Origin: Chitinophagales bacterium
GTDB lineage: Bacteria; Bacteroidota; Bacteroidia; Chitinophagales; CAIOSU01
Length of the DNA: 64,000 nucleotides
Direction: 5' to 3'
Assembly (NCBI GenBank): GCA_033762815.1
Contig: JANRLF010000001.1
Span: 324,490 to 388,489 of the forward strand
Part shown: positions 47,008-56,125 of the stretch, in pieces
How positions within the stretch are numbered: position 1 is the first letter of the stretch
Layout of the letters: each line of letters opens with the position of its first letter
The notes under the pieces: generated by a model
Seen by the model: the letters and a program-made list of their open reading frames with translations, nothing else
Database searches by the model: none
What the model was told of the DNA's origin: nothing
Made by a program: the position numbers and the translations under genes

Positions 47008-47814
47008 CTATAATATTTTTGCTATTTCGAAGTGCATTCCATCGAGCCTTTCAAAATGGCCGCCCCAATAAAAACCATGTTCATGGGCAATGGGTACCAA
47101 CTCCCTTACACTACCCTTTTGCCCTACCAAAGCGGGCACTGCGCCAAGCTTGTTCCAAGCATAATTGATATCGAATGCCGAACCAAATGCATGATTGCTT
47201 AGCACAGTAGTGCTACCTCTCACAAACCGCGGTACATATGCTCCTTCATAAGTCAGTACCAAATGGAGCAAGCCAGCATTTTCCCACGCTTGCCAAAGGT
47301 TGATTAACTGTTGTGCCGCCTTTTTGTGAAAGTACACATTGGGGCTACCTTTGATGGTGGTAAGTTGCGGCACCTTCACCAAAATAATATTGTCTTTTGC
47401 CCAATTGTCGGTTACTTGAATATTCTCATAATTATCAGGTAGGGGAGCATGTTTAAAGCTGAACTTACCAAATAGCGCCTGCCTTTGACTATTGCTGGTA
47501 AGTGGTGCGAAATCTGGTTTTGGTGGCCAATTAGGCCCTGCCTTAGTGTCGTCGCGGTTAACGGTTCCATTGAAACCCAATTGCATGGCCACCCCATAGC
47601 TTTTGTTACCCACTACCCCGTCGGGTTGCAATCCGTGTGCTTGTTGAAAGGCTATAGTGGCTGCTAAAGTTTTTTCTCCAAAATCGCCATCAGCTTTCCC
47701 GAATAAAAAACCTTGCCCAATGAGAAAATGCTGCCATGCCTTTACGTCTTTCCCCGTTGCACCAATTTTAATCAATTCCATAACTGGTTGTTTGTACCAG
47801 TTAAATGTAAGCAT
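47008..47814 (-). CDS. peptidoglycan-binding domain protein fused to M15-family peptidase (endolysin-like)
   Basis: PG_binding_1 repeat (GDFGEKTLAATIAFQQAHGLQPDGVVG) and an M15 zinc motif region (HAFGSAFD ... HFE). Confidence 0.7.
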   Translation of the reverse strand: MLTFNWYKQPVMELIKIGATGKDVKAWQHFLIGQGFLFGKADGDFGEKTLAATIAFQQAHGLQPDGVVGNKSYGVAMQLGFNGTVNRDDTKAGPNWPPKPDFAPLTSNSQRQALFGKFSFKHAPLPDNYENIQVTDNWAKDNIILVKVPQLTTIKGSPNVYFHKKAAQQLINLWQAWENAGLLHLVLTYEGAYVPRFVRGSTTVLSNHAFGSAFDINYAWNKLGAVPALVGQKGSVRELVPIAHEHGFYWGGHFERLDGMHFEIAKIL

Positions 47815-47854
47815 TTACTACAATTGTCAAAAAAATTAACTGTTCTTTTTTTAA

Positions 47855-48613
47855 TTATTTTTTCAATAACATGGATTCCAGTAACATGCAGTTTCTTGGT
47901 GCATTAGCATGCCAATCGTTATTGAAATAGGCGAAGCATTGCTTGGGCTTCAATTTCTTCAGCTTTTTTGCCCAAGTTTCCAATTCCCCGTGGGAGTAAT
48001 CGTAGTCATACCACTTATCTTTTCCATGAAAACGGAGATAAGCTATATCTGAGGTCAACATTGCATCCTCTGGAAGTTTATCAGGAGCGGAAACCATACT
48101 GAAAGTAACTTTGTATTGGCGCATGATTTCGTAGACTTCTTCATCAAACCAAGAAGTGTGGCGAAACTCGATAACATTGATAAACTCTTTGCTAATGCTT
48201 TGGCAGAAACCTTCCAGCTTATTGATATCCTTTTTTAGGAAACCGGGCAACTGCCATAGTATAGGCCCCAGTTTCTCCTTGAGGTGGCTGGCCAAATCAT
48301 AAATTTTCGCAAGGCTATCATTCAGTTCAGGTCCTTTCACCAGCTTTTTCATGTGAGTAATGTAGCGGCTGCCTTTAATGGTGAAAAGGAAATGCTTGGG
48401 CGTTTGATCATACCAACCTTGAAATGCTTTTACGGTTGGGAGCCGATAGAAACTATTGTTGATTTCCACGGAATTGAAACGTTCTGCATAATAGGGCAAC
48501 CATTTTTTCATGGGCAACTCTTCAGGGTAAAATTGCCCCCGCCAATCTCGATAATGATATCCCGAACAACCCAAGTATGCCTCCATCATCCTTGTTTTTG
48601 ACATACTGGGCAA
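47855..48613 (-). CDS. DUF72 (YecE-like) family protein
   Basis: 252 aa matching DUF72 in length and motif pattern. Confidence 0.7.
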   Translation of the reverse strand: MPSMSKTRMMEAYLGCSGYHYRDWRGQFYPEELPMKKWLPYYAERFNSVEINNSFYRLPTVKAFQGWYDQTPKHFLFTIKGSRYITHMKKLVKGPELNDSLAKIYDLASHLKEKLGPILWQLPGFLKKDINKLEGFCQSISKEFINVIEFRHTSWFDEEVYEIMRQYKVTFSMVSAPDKLPEDAMLTSDIAYLRFHGKDKWYDYDYSHGELETWAKKLKKLKPKQCFAYFNNDWHANAPRNCMLLESMLLKK

Positions 48614-49374
48614 AAGTAGGTGCTTCGCCCGTTTACGGTAATCATTTCAATCGTTCCGTTGTGCCTAGGGCATTCGGCCCCCATTTTACGGGCATGCACC
48701 AACCATGTATCGGACATTTTTTTGCGCTTTGCCCCTGAATCAAGCAGGGCTTGTAGCAGGTAGCGCATTTCATCGTACATTTTGCCCAACTGTTTTTCAC
48801 TCACTGCCGCCACTGGCGACAATGGATGCAAACGGCAGCGAAACAGTAGTTCGTCAACATACACATTGCCCAAGCCTGCTATAATGGATTGGTTCATCAG
48901 TACGGGCTTCCAGTTTGCTTTAGGATGCTTTTGTAACAATTGAATGAAATCTTGTTGGCTGATTTCCATCGCATCGATTCCAAGCTTTTTCTTTTTGATA
49001 AAGTCCTTCTCATCCTCAACCAAATTGATTTCACCAAAACCCCTGCTGTTAACATAGTATGCCGACGTGCCATCGGTAAACTCCATGGCCATCTTTATAT
49101 ATTTAGGTGGAGTTTTATCGGTTTTCTGATACTTGAATTTCCCTGTCATTCCGAAATGAACCGCCAGCCATTTGTGATTGGCTGCCTCCAAAAGCAGTTG
49201 CTTACCAATGCGGCGTGAATGGACGAATTGCTGCTGCTGAAAAGCTTTGCGCAGCTTGTCCTCGCTGCTTTTCATAAGCCGTGAAGCTGGGGCACTTAAA
49301 TGCTGTATGGTTTTGCCCTGTGCCTTTTTTTCAAATTCACGTCGGTACATTTCCACTTCTGGTAATTCTGGCAT
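48586..49374 (-). CDS. fpg: formamidopyrimidine-DNA glycosylase
   Basis: Begins MPELPEVE (catalytic Pro2, Glu3), H2TH domain, C-terminal zinc finger CPxC...CxxC. Start trimmed to the MPELPEV Met. Confidence 0.85.
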   Translation of the reverse strand: MPELPEVEMYRREFEKKAQGKTIQHLSAPASRLMKSSEDKLRKAFQQQQFVHSRRIGKQLLLEAANHKWLAVHFGMTGKFKYQKTDKTPPKYIKMAMEFTDGTSAYYVNSRGFGEINLVEDEKDFIKKKKLGIDAMEISQQDFIQLLQKHPKANWKPVLMNQSIIAGLGNVYVDELLFRCRLHPLSPVAAVSEKQLGKMYDEMRYLLQALLDSGAKRKKMSDTWLVHARKMGAECPRHNGTIEMITVNGRSTYFCPVCQKQG

Positions 49375-49550
49375 GGCCTTTTTTTTATTGAATATGAATG
49401 CCAATATTATACCATTCATATTGGGTCACTCTGGGAAGATGTTTTCAAGCTTATCGTGTATGCCAAGATAGATTCCTAACGGAATGGCAGTTTAGCATGG
49501 ACTGAGCAATTGAAAGTTCATCTTTAGGGAGATTCCAAAGAGATGTTCAA

Positions 49551-51629
49551 TCACCAATTCAACAGCTCTTCCATAGCCTGCTGTACCATTTCCATGGAGG
49601 GAAGCATGGCTTTTTCCAAGCCAGCATTCAAAGGGATAGCAGGTGCATCTTTGGCCCCGATAATCCGTAGCGGAGCATCTAAATATTCAAAGCATTTGGA
49701 TGCTATTCGGCCCGCCAAAGCCTCGGCGAAAGAATTGTTCAAGGTTTCCTCTGTCAGCACCAGGCACTTTCCGTGCCGTTTTACCGAAGCATGGATAGCT
49801 GCCTCGTCCAAAGGATGAAGTGTACGCAAATCCAATACTTCTATTTGGCCAGCAAAGGCAGTGGCGGCATTCATGGCCCAATGGACGCCCATGCCGTAGG
49901 TGATAACCGATATGGTTTCGCCGCGGTGGGTTTTGCTTTCATCGGCTTCCAAGGCTATACGCGCCTTTCCCAATGGAATCACGTATTTACTATCGGGCTC
50001 CACGGTTTTAGCCGCTAAGGTTCCGGGTACTTTTGACCAATAAAGCCCTTTATGCTCCAATATCACTACTGGGTTAGGGTCATAGAACGCAGCCTTCATT
50101 AGCCCTTTCATATCGGCGGCATTGGATGGATAAACTACTTTAATACCCTTGATTTGGAGCAAGACCGATTCCACGCTGCTGCTATGGTAGGGCCCCCCGC
50201 TTCCGTAGGCCCCGATGGGCACGCGTATCAGTGCCTGCACGGGCCATTTGCCATTGGAAAGGTAGCAAGAGCGGCTAAGCTCCGTAAACAATTGGTTCAA
50301 GCCTGGCCATATGTAATCTGCGAACTGCACCTCTACAATAGGCTTACAGCCCACGGCCGACATTCCCACCGTACTGCCAATGATATACGCCTCTTGAATG
50401 GGAGTATTGAATACCCTTTCGTCGCCATATTTTTTTGCCAGCAAAGCCGCCTCCCTAAATACGCCACCCAGTTCACCACCCACGTCTTGCCCATACAATA
50501 AGGCTTCTGGATGGGCTTGCAGCAATTCATCTACCGCATGCAAGGCAGCATCTACCATTACTACCTTTTCCCCACCTTCGGGGTTTCTTTCCCCTTGTTC
50601 ATCCCTTACTGTCGTTTCCGCAAAAATATGGTTCAACAGTGTGTTGGGATCAGGGTCTTGGGCTTGCATGGCTTGCTCAAAAGCTTCCAGCACCCCTTGC
50701 TTGGCCGATTGTTCCACATGGACGATTTCCTCCTCGGCAACTCCGTAAATTAATAGTTGGTCGCGCAATATCGGGTAAGGGTCACGGCTTTCATGTTCAT
50801 CCAGGTTTTCCTTGCTCCTATACCATTCTTTGCGCACCCCTGAGGTATGGTGGCTAAGCAGGGGCACTTTGGCATGCACCAAAAATGGCCTCCTATCTTC
50901 CCGAACGGTGGCGATTACTTTTTTTATTTTATCATGGCATTCCAGATAGTCGCTGCCGTTGATACTGATGGCTTCCAAGCCTTTAAATCCTTTGGCATAA
51001 TGGAATGCGTCCATAGCCCGCACCTCGTGGGCAGCAGCGGAAATATCCCATTCATTGTCTTGCACCAGGTATATGATAGGCAACTGCTTGAGCACGGCCA
51101 TCTGTAGGGCTTCTGCCACTTCCCCTTCCGTTATTGACGCATCGCCCAGAGAACAGACCACCAGTGGAGCAGGGCCATTGTTGTTCAACAAGCCCTGGCT
51201 TTCCAAGTATTTCATGCCATGGGCAATGCCAGTGGTGGGGATAGCCTGCATACCGGTGGCCGATGACTGGTGCGGAATCTTGGGCATCCCTTCCCGCTTT
51301 GAACTGGGGTGGGAATAATAGGTACGCCCGCCTGAAAATGGGTCGTCGGCTTTGGCCATCAACTGGAGCATCAGTTCATAGGGGCTGTAGCCTATGCCCA
51401 GCAACATGGCATCATCGCGGTAGTAAGGTGCCAAATAATCTTGGGGCAGCAGTTGCAGTGCCAGTGCCAACTGTATGGCCTCATGCCCCCGCGAAGTGGC
51501 ATGTACATATTTTGCCGCCACGTCTTTCCTTTCTTCATACAGAAGCGACATTTCCCTAGCAGTGGACATTAGCCCATAGGCTTTCAGCAAAGCATTGGTA
51601 TCTACGTTTAGCGCAATTTCTTTCAACAC
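49551..51629 (-). CDS. 2-oxoacid dehydrogenase E1 component, fused alpha and beta subunits (TPP-dependent)
   Basis: 692 aa. N-half TPP-binding alpha-like (GDASITEG), C-half transketolase-like beta. Confidence 0.85.
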   Translation of the reverse strand: MLKEIALNVDTNALLKAYGLMSTAREMSLLYEERKDVAAKYVHATSRGHEAIQLALALQLLPQDYLAPYYRDDAMLLGIGYSPYELMLQLMAKADDPFSGGRTYYSHPSSKREGMPKIPHQSSATGMQAIPTTGIAHGMKYLESQGLLNNNGPAPLVVCSLGDASITEGEVAEALQMAVLKQLPIIYLVQDNEWDISAAAHEVRAMDAFHYAKGFKGLEAISINGSDYLECHDKIKKVIATVREDRRPFLVHAKVPLLSHHTSGVRKEWYRSKENLDEHESRDPYPILRDQLLIYGVAEEEIVHVEQSAKQGVLEAFEQAMQAQDPDPNTLLNHIFAETTVRDEQGERNPEGGEKVVMVDAALHAVDELLQAHPEALLYGQDVGGELGGVFREAALLAKKYGDERVFNTPIQEAYIIGSTVGMSAVGCKPIVEVQFADYIWPGLNQLFTELSRSCYLSNGKWPVQALIRVPIGAYGSGGPYHSSSVESVLLQIKGIKVVYPSNAADMKGLMKAAFYDPNPVVILEHKGLYWSKVPGTLAAKTVEPDSKYVIPLGKARIALEADESKTHRGETISVITYGMGVHWAMNAATAFAGQIEVLDLRTLHPLDEAAIHASVKRHGKCLVLTEETLNNSFAEALAGRIASKCFEYLDAPLRIIGAKDAPAIPLNAGLEKAMLPSMEMVQQAMEELLNW

Positions 51630-51681
51630 GGTCTTAAAAAGCTTCTAACGCAAGATACGCAATGTAGGCCATTAGCGAAAA

Positions 51682-52068
51682 CTAATAGGCTGCCACCCAT
51701 TGCAATGCCTTGCCTTGTTCCGTGGTTTTGAACAGTTTCAGTTCGCCGGGAACAAAAAAGCGGGCCATGCGCAACAACCAGCGGAAGCGGCTGTTATCGG
51801 TTACTACCGCTATTTTCGCAAAGTCTTTCAAGCGTTTTTTGTCCAACACCCCGCCGTCCAATAAGCCTTTGGCAGAATCTTGGTCAATGCCTTCATCAAT
51901 GCGTAACAGCACGGGGATTTTGCCATATTGCTTCACTTTGTTTTCTACTACGGGGTTCAACTGGTTATAGTCGTCCATCGTTATCTCGCCGCTTACGGCT
52001 ACCGCTACGGCTTTTGGGCTTTCGGTCTCAATAAATTCTATCATACAGCACAGCTTTGGCTTAGCCAA
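51682..52068 (-). CDS. SpoIIAA-like STAS domain protein (DUF3478-like)
   Basis: 128 aa with an alpha/beta STAS-like pattern. Immediately downstream of the sterol-desaturase-family gene on the same strand. Confidence 0.5.
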   Translation of the reverse strand: MAKPKLCCMIEFIETESPKAVAVAVSGEITMDDYNQLNPVVENKVKQYGKIPVLLRIDEGIDQDSAKGLLDGGVLDKKRLKDFAKIAVVTDNSRFRWLLRMARFFVPGELKLFKTTEQGKALQWVAAY

Positions 52069-52081
52069 AACAATTATCGTG

Positions 52082-53344
52082 CTAAATGATTTGGGCTATG
52101 GCGGGCTGCGCTTCTACAATGGCTGCCTCCAGGGTATCATTGGTCTGTGCTTCACGGTAGCCCACAATGAGGTAATCTTTGCTGATAGGGGGCTTGTAGT
52201 AGATATCGCCAAAGAGGATTTTAAAACGCACCAGCCAACTCTTGTTCATCCTCAACTCATAGGCTATTTGTTCAAAGCCACTGAACATGATTTTGAAAGG
52301 GCTAAGCCTGATAATGGGATTATTCGTCAATCCTACCTTGGGGGCTTCTTTGGGCGGGATGCGATAGGTACCGAAAATACGGTCCCATATCATCCAAGGG
52401 TTGCCGCCAACGTTCACTATTTCATCGCCTTGTTTGGAGGTGTGGTGCGTGTAGTGGTACACCCCGTTGCCATAATAATGCGATAACTGCCTGACGATAA
52501 TGTTGCGGTGGGCAAAGTCATAGAAGGCCGAATTGTGGTTGAACTTTTCCGTAAGGATACCAAAGAAAGCCAAGATAAATGCCTCTTCTGTCATGGCCTC
52601 AAAATAGAACAATTTGGACGCTGCCGCCGATAGCAGTACACCCGGTATGGCGCTGAATATCTCAGGCAGGAACATGAATGGACCAATGCCGGCGGGGTGC
52701 ATAATTTCAGCCGTATGGTGGCAGCGGTGCGAAAGGTACCACAGCAGGCGCGACTTGTGGCAAAGCCAATGGACGAAATATCCGGGAAGTGCTCCTATAA
52801 AAACCCCACCCAAAATGGCAAAAGGGTAGGGTACATTTACCAAGGTGGGTATATGTTCTTTTACCCAAGTTTCGAAGTTGCCTACCGCTGCCTGTATGGC
52901 GCGGGTGCCATCGTCATAAGTAAAGCCAAGCGCATAGGCTATACCGCCCAACAAGGCAAAAAACAAGAAGGTGCCTGCCATACCCACCACATTGCTGAGG
53001 AAATGTGCCCAAAAGATAGGGGCAAACTCCTTAGGGCCATGCTCGCGGTATGATTTGCGGAAACTAAGCAATGCCAGCCCAGCTATATACACAAAAAGTA
53101 CCGCCAAGGCGGCATAACCAATCCTTTCAAATTGCTGGTCGCTCAAATTCTTAAAAGGCCGGTCGCCATTGCCTACCCAGCGGAGTACGTCATGATAGAA
53201 GCCTGCAGCCGTGTCCATGGTAAGGTCGAAGAAGCCGAAAACTAGGCACAAGGCAATTAAAACCACCCAGGTAGCAGAAATATAGGAAAATCGCTCGCCG
53301 CTGAAGCGGAAGTCGTAATTCCATATTTTGGAAAGCCATTTCAT
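52082..53344 (-). CDS. sterol desaturase / fatty acid hydroxylase superfamily membrane oxygenase with an extra N-terminal TM domain
   Basis: His boxes HWLCHK, HRCHH, HHTSKQ, plus a roughly 130-aa polytopic N-terminal extension. Confidence 0.75.
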   Translation of the reverse strand: MKWLSKIWNYDFRFSGERFSYISATWVVLIALCLVFGFFDLTMDTAAGFYHDVLRWVGNGDRPFKNLSDQQFERIGYAALAVLFVYIAGLALLSFRKSYREHGPKEFAPIFWAHFLSNVVGMAGTFLFFALLGGIAYALGFTYDDGTRAIQAAVGNFETWVKEHIPTLVNVPYPFAILGGVFIGALPGYFVHWLCHKSRLLWYLSHRCHHTAEIMHPAGIGPFMFLPEIFSAIPGVLLSAAASKLFYFEAMTEEAFILAFFGILTEKFNHNSAFYDFAHRNIIVRQLSHYYGNGVYHYTHHTSKQGDEIVNVGGNPWMIWDRIFGTYRIPPKEAPKVGLTNNPIIRLSPFKIMFSGFEQIAYELRMNKSWLVRFKILFGDIYYKPPISKDYLIVGYREAQTNDTLEAAIVEAQPAIAQII

Positions 53345-53603
53345 TGTTGCATAAAATTAATGTGTTTTTGCGAAAGGAGGGGATAAACAGTAAGCTGCCA
53401 TTAAGCTTTGGGCATTGCAATTAGTATTGTTTGGCAACGGACTCTGCACAGTACCCTCTCAAATGGAACACTTGGGGGTTTCAAGGACGGATACCTTTCA
53501 GGAATGATAAAAAGGTATGTCGTTCCATATTGAACAAACTATAAGCGATTATTAACAGTTGTATGTGGCTAGAGTTGTTGCTATCTTTATAAAAAGTAAC
53601 TTG

Positions 53604-53819
53604 ATGAAAATCGATGCTATTGCTTTCAATAAAATTGTAGAGAGTGTTTATAATTTGCCCCTTGAATTTAAGGAGGAGTTGAAAAGCTTGCTTGAGCATA
53701 ACATTGCTGAGGCGCGCCGCAAAGAAATGGCAGAAAACGGAAAAGCCGCTCTCAAAGAGTACAGAAATGGGAAACTCAAATTTTCATCATCCGTGAAAGA
53801 GTTAAAAAAGATGCTGTAA
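53604..53819 (+). CDS. putative type II antitoxin
   Basis: 71 aa, helical and basic. Stop codon directly abuts the ATG of the RelE-like toxin gene. Confidence 0.45.
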   Translation: MKIDAIAFNKIVESVYNLPLEFKEELKSLLEHNIAEARRKEMAENGKAALKEYRNGKLKFSSSVKELKKML

Positions 53820-54089
53820 ATGGAAATTGCGTTTAGTAGCAGTTTTAAGAAAGCATTTCGGAAAAGAGTAAAGAACACTCCCCAAGAGCGCGTTTTTTGG
53901 GAAAAGGTTGATGCTTTCACCACTGAACCCTTTAATCCTCAATTGAAGACCCATAAATTGTCGGGTGTACTTAAGCATTATTGGAGTTTTTCTATCGAGT
54001 ATGACTTGCGGGTAGTTTTTTATTTCACAAAAGATAAACCCAGTAGAGCTATTTTTATTGACATTGGGTCACACGATGAAGTGTATTGA
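53820..54089 (+). CDS. type II toxin, RelE/StbE (YafQ-like) family mRNA interferase
   Basis: 89 aa with pattern KLSGVLKHYWSFSIEYDLRVVFYF...AIFIDIGSHDEVY, matching the RelE/StbE consensus (LxGxxxxxWxxxIxxDxRxIY...IxIGxHxDVY). Confidence 0.7.
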   Translation: MEIAFSSSFKKAFRKRVKNTPQERVFWEKVDAFTTEPFNPQLKTHKLSGVLKHYWSFSIEYDLRVVFYFTKDKPSRAIFIDIGSHDEVY

Positions 54090-54188
54090 GTTAGCAGATT
54101 AGATGCTTCCGATAAGATTTCTAGTGTCTTGGAAGATACCATGACGCTGTATGAGTATGCCCTTACAAGCGGAACGCTTGTGGGAGTG

Positions 54189-54204
54189 GGATTGAATTTT
54201 TGTA
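54189..54204. repeat. 16-bp direct repeat ggattgaatttttgta (copy 1). Copy 2 at 55543-55558 overlaps the lysA stop codon
   Basis: Perfect 16/16 identity read directly. The copies bracket the lysA CDS. Confidence 0.8.
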
Positions 54205-54225
54205 CCTCGTATCCGATACCTTGTT

Positions 54226-54277
54226 CCTAAATTGTCAATCGTCAATTGTAAATCGTAAATCCTAAATCCTAAATTCC
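54226..54277. repeat. short tandem repeats (aattgt / aaatcgt / aaatcct motifs) upstream of lysA
   Basis: cctaaattgtcaatcgtcaattgtaaatcgtaaatcctaaatcctaaattcc. Confidence 0.6.
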
Positions 54278-54313
54278 TTCCTCTTCGTATCTTAGCAGCC
54301 CAAAATTGGTAGG

Positions 54314-55549
54314 ATGGAGCTTAGGAAGCATATTTTCACCATCAGGGGTCACAAGGCAATCGACCTTTGCGACCGCTATGGTACCCCCTTGTACGTGTAT
54401 GATGCCGATTGCATCAAGGAGCAATATGAGAAGCTGGTAAAGGCTTTCAAAAGTACCCGAATGAAAGTGAAGTATGCCTGCAAAGCACTCACCAACCAAA
54501 ATATCCTTGCTTATATCAAAAAACTGGGAGCGGGGCTTGATACCGTTTCCATACAAGAGGTACAGTTGGGCTTAAGGGCAGGCTTTGAGCCATCGGAGAT
54601 AATCTATACCCCCAACGGGGTTTCATTCGAGGAAATAAAAGAGGCGGTCAGCTTGGGGGTTGTCATCAATATCGACAATATATCCATACTGGAGCAATTT
54701 GGCCACTATTATGGCAATTCCGTGCCGGTATGCGTGCGGGTCAATCCCCATATCTTGGCAGGGGGTAACGCCAAAATATCCACCGGGCATATCGATTCCA
54801 AGTTCGGTATCTCCATTTACCAAATGCGGCACGTGGAGCGGGTGGTAGCCAGCACTAACCTGAAGGTGGTGGGCTTGCACATGCATACGGGTTCGGAAAT
54901 ATTGGATGTAGGGGTTTTCAGCAGAGGGGCTGAAATGCTGTTTGATTGTGCCCTACAGTTCAAAGATTTGCAATTTCTTGATTTTGGTAGTGGCTTTAAG
55001 GTGCCTTACAAGCCCAACGATAATGCAACTGACGTAGCAGAGTTGGGCAAAATATTGAGTAAGCGCTTCAATGCCTTTTGCAAGGAGTATGGCAAGGAAC
55101 TGGAGCTATGGTTTGAGCCTGGAAAATATCTGGTAAGCGAGGCGGGTTATTTCTTTGCCAAAGTGAACGTCATTAAGCAAACTACCGCTACCGTGTTTGT
55201 AGGGGTCGATTCGGGGCTCAACCATTTAATCAGACCCATGTTTTACGATTCGTACCACCATATCATCAATGTAAGCAACCCGGCGGGTACTGAACGGATA
55301 TATACGGTTACGGGCTATATCTGCGAAACCGATACCTTTGCCTGGGACCGCAAGATAAACGAAGTGCGGGAAGGCGATATCCTGTGTTTCCTAAATGCGG
55401 GGGCTTATGGCTATATGATGGCATCGAACTACAACAGCCGCCCGCGGCCAGCCGAGGTGATGATATATAACGGCAATGACCACTTGATACGCAAAAGGGA
55501 AACTTTGGACGATTTGTTGCAAAATCAGGTATTGGTAGCTTTGGATTGA
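54314..55549 (+). CDS. lysA: diaminopimelate decarboxylase
   Basis: PLP-dependent fold-III decarboxylase motifs (YACKAL PLP-Lys, GGG loop, EPGRY-like region). Confidence 0.9.
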   Translation: MELRKHIFTIRGHKAIDLCDRYGTPLYVYDADCIKEQYEKLVKAFKSTRMKVKYACKALTNQNILAYIKKLGAGLDTVSIQEVQLGLRAGFEPSEIIYTPNGVSFEEIKEAVSLGVVINIDNISILEQFGHYYGNSVPVCVRVNPHILAGGNAKISTGHIDSKFGISIYQMRHVERVVASTNLKVVGLHMHTGSEILDVGVFSRGAEMLFDCALQFKDLQFLDFGSGFKVPYKPNDNATDVAELGKILSKRFNAFCKEYGKELELWFEPGKYLVSEAGYFFAKVNVIKQTTATVFVGVDSGLNHLIRPMFYDSYHHIINVSNPAGTERIYTVTGYICETDTFAWDRKINEVREGDILCFLNAGAYGYMMASNYNSRPRPAEVMIYNGNDHLIRKRETLDDLLQNQVLVALD

Positions 55550-55558
55550 ATTTTTGTA
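55543..55558. repeat. 16-bp direct repeat ggattgaatttttgta (copy 2)
   Basis: Identical to 54189-54204. Confidence 0.8.
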
Positions 55559-55617
55559 GAAAGGATAAATCGAATTTTTCTATCTTAGTTATCGTTGAGT
55601 TATGTAAAATTCAAGTA

Positions 55618-55815
55618 ATGGAACTGATAATAGAAAACGTAAAGTCTTTGGAAGATAAGAAGCTGTTGATTGAATTGGTTAACCGTTTGGGTTTCAAAGT
55701 TTCCGTTTATGACCCCGAACTTGAGGATGAAGCGTTAGCCAGAGCCATGCTGGAAGCAAAGAAAGGAAAAATGTTTTCAAAAGAGGAAGCATTGAAATAT
55801 TTGGGGGATGATTGA
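55618..55815 (+). CDS. putative type II antitoxin
   Basis: 66 aa small acidic protein. 8-nt overlap with the downstream RelE/ParE-like toxin gene. Confidence 0.4.
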   Translation: MELIIENVKSLEDKKLLIELVNRLGFKVSVYDPELEDEALARAMLEAKKGKMFSKEEALKYLGDD

Positions 55816-56080
55816 AGTAGAATATGCTGAGCAGTTTCTTAAGGATACAAATAAGTTAAAAAAATCTACTTACTATTTACAAATTTACAAGCTTTGTTTT
55901 GAGGAAATACCAAATTTAGATGCTATTACCAGTATTAAGGCATTGAAGAAGCTAAAAGGGCACAAAACTTTTTATAGAATAAGACAGGGGGAACTAAGAA
56001 TTGGAATAGAAATCATTGGTTCGAAAATTATATTCCTACGCTGTCTGTCCCGTAAGGATATTTATAGATACTTCCCTTAG
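55808..56080 (+). CDS. type II toxin, RelE/ParE family
   Basis: 90 aa with LKKLKGHKTFYRIRQGELRIGIEI...IIFLRCLSRKDIY, matching the RelE/ParE plasmid-stabilisation consensus. Confidence 0.7.
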   Translation: MIEVEYAEQFLKDTNKLKKSTYYLQIYKLCFEEIPNLDAITSIKALKKLKGHKTFYRIRQGELRIGIEIIGSKIIFLRCLSRKDIYRYFP

Positions 56081-56125
56081 CAGCATTTTTCGGGCCTGCT
56101 TTTAGCTATCTTTGCAACACACAGC

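Noticed and set aside
47008-49419. Prophage remnant around the M15 endolysin-like gene
   Set aside because: There are no capsid, terminase, holin or integrase genes nearby. The adjacent genes are DUF72, fpg and otsAB.
49687-51559. Numerous + strand ORFs (60-116 aa) inside the E1 alpha/beta gene
   Set aside because: All are antisense to a strongly supported 692-aa TPP-dependent dehydrogenase. None has recognisable features.
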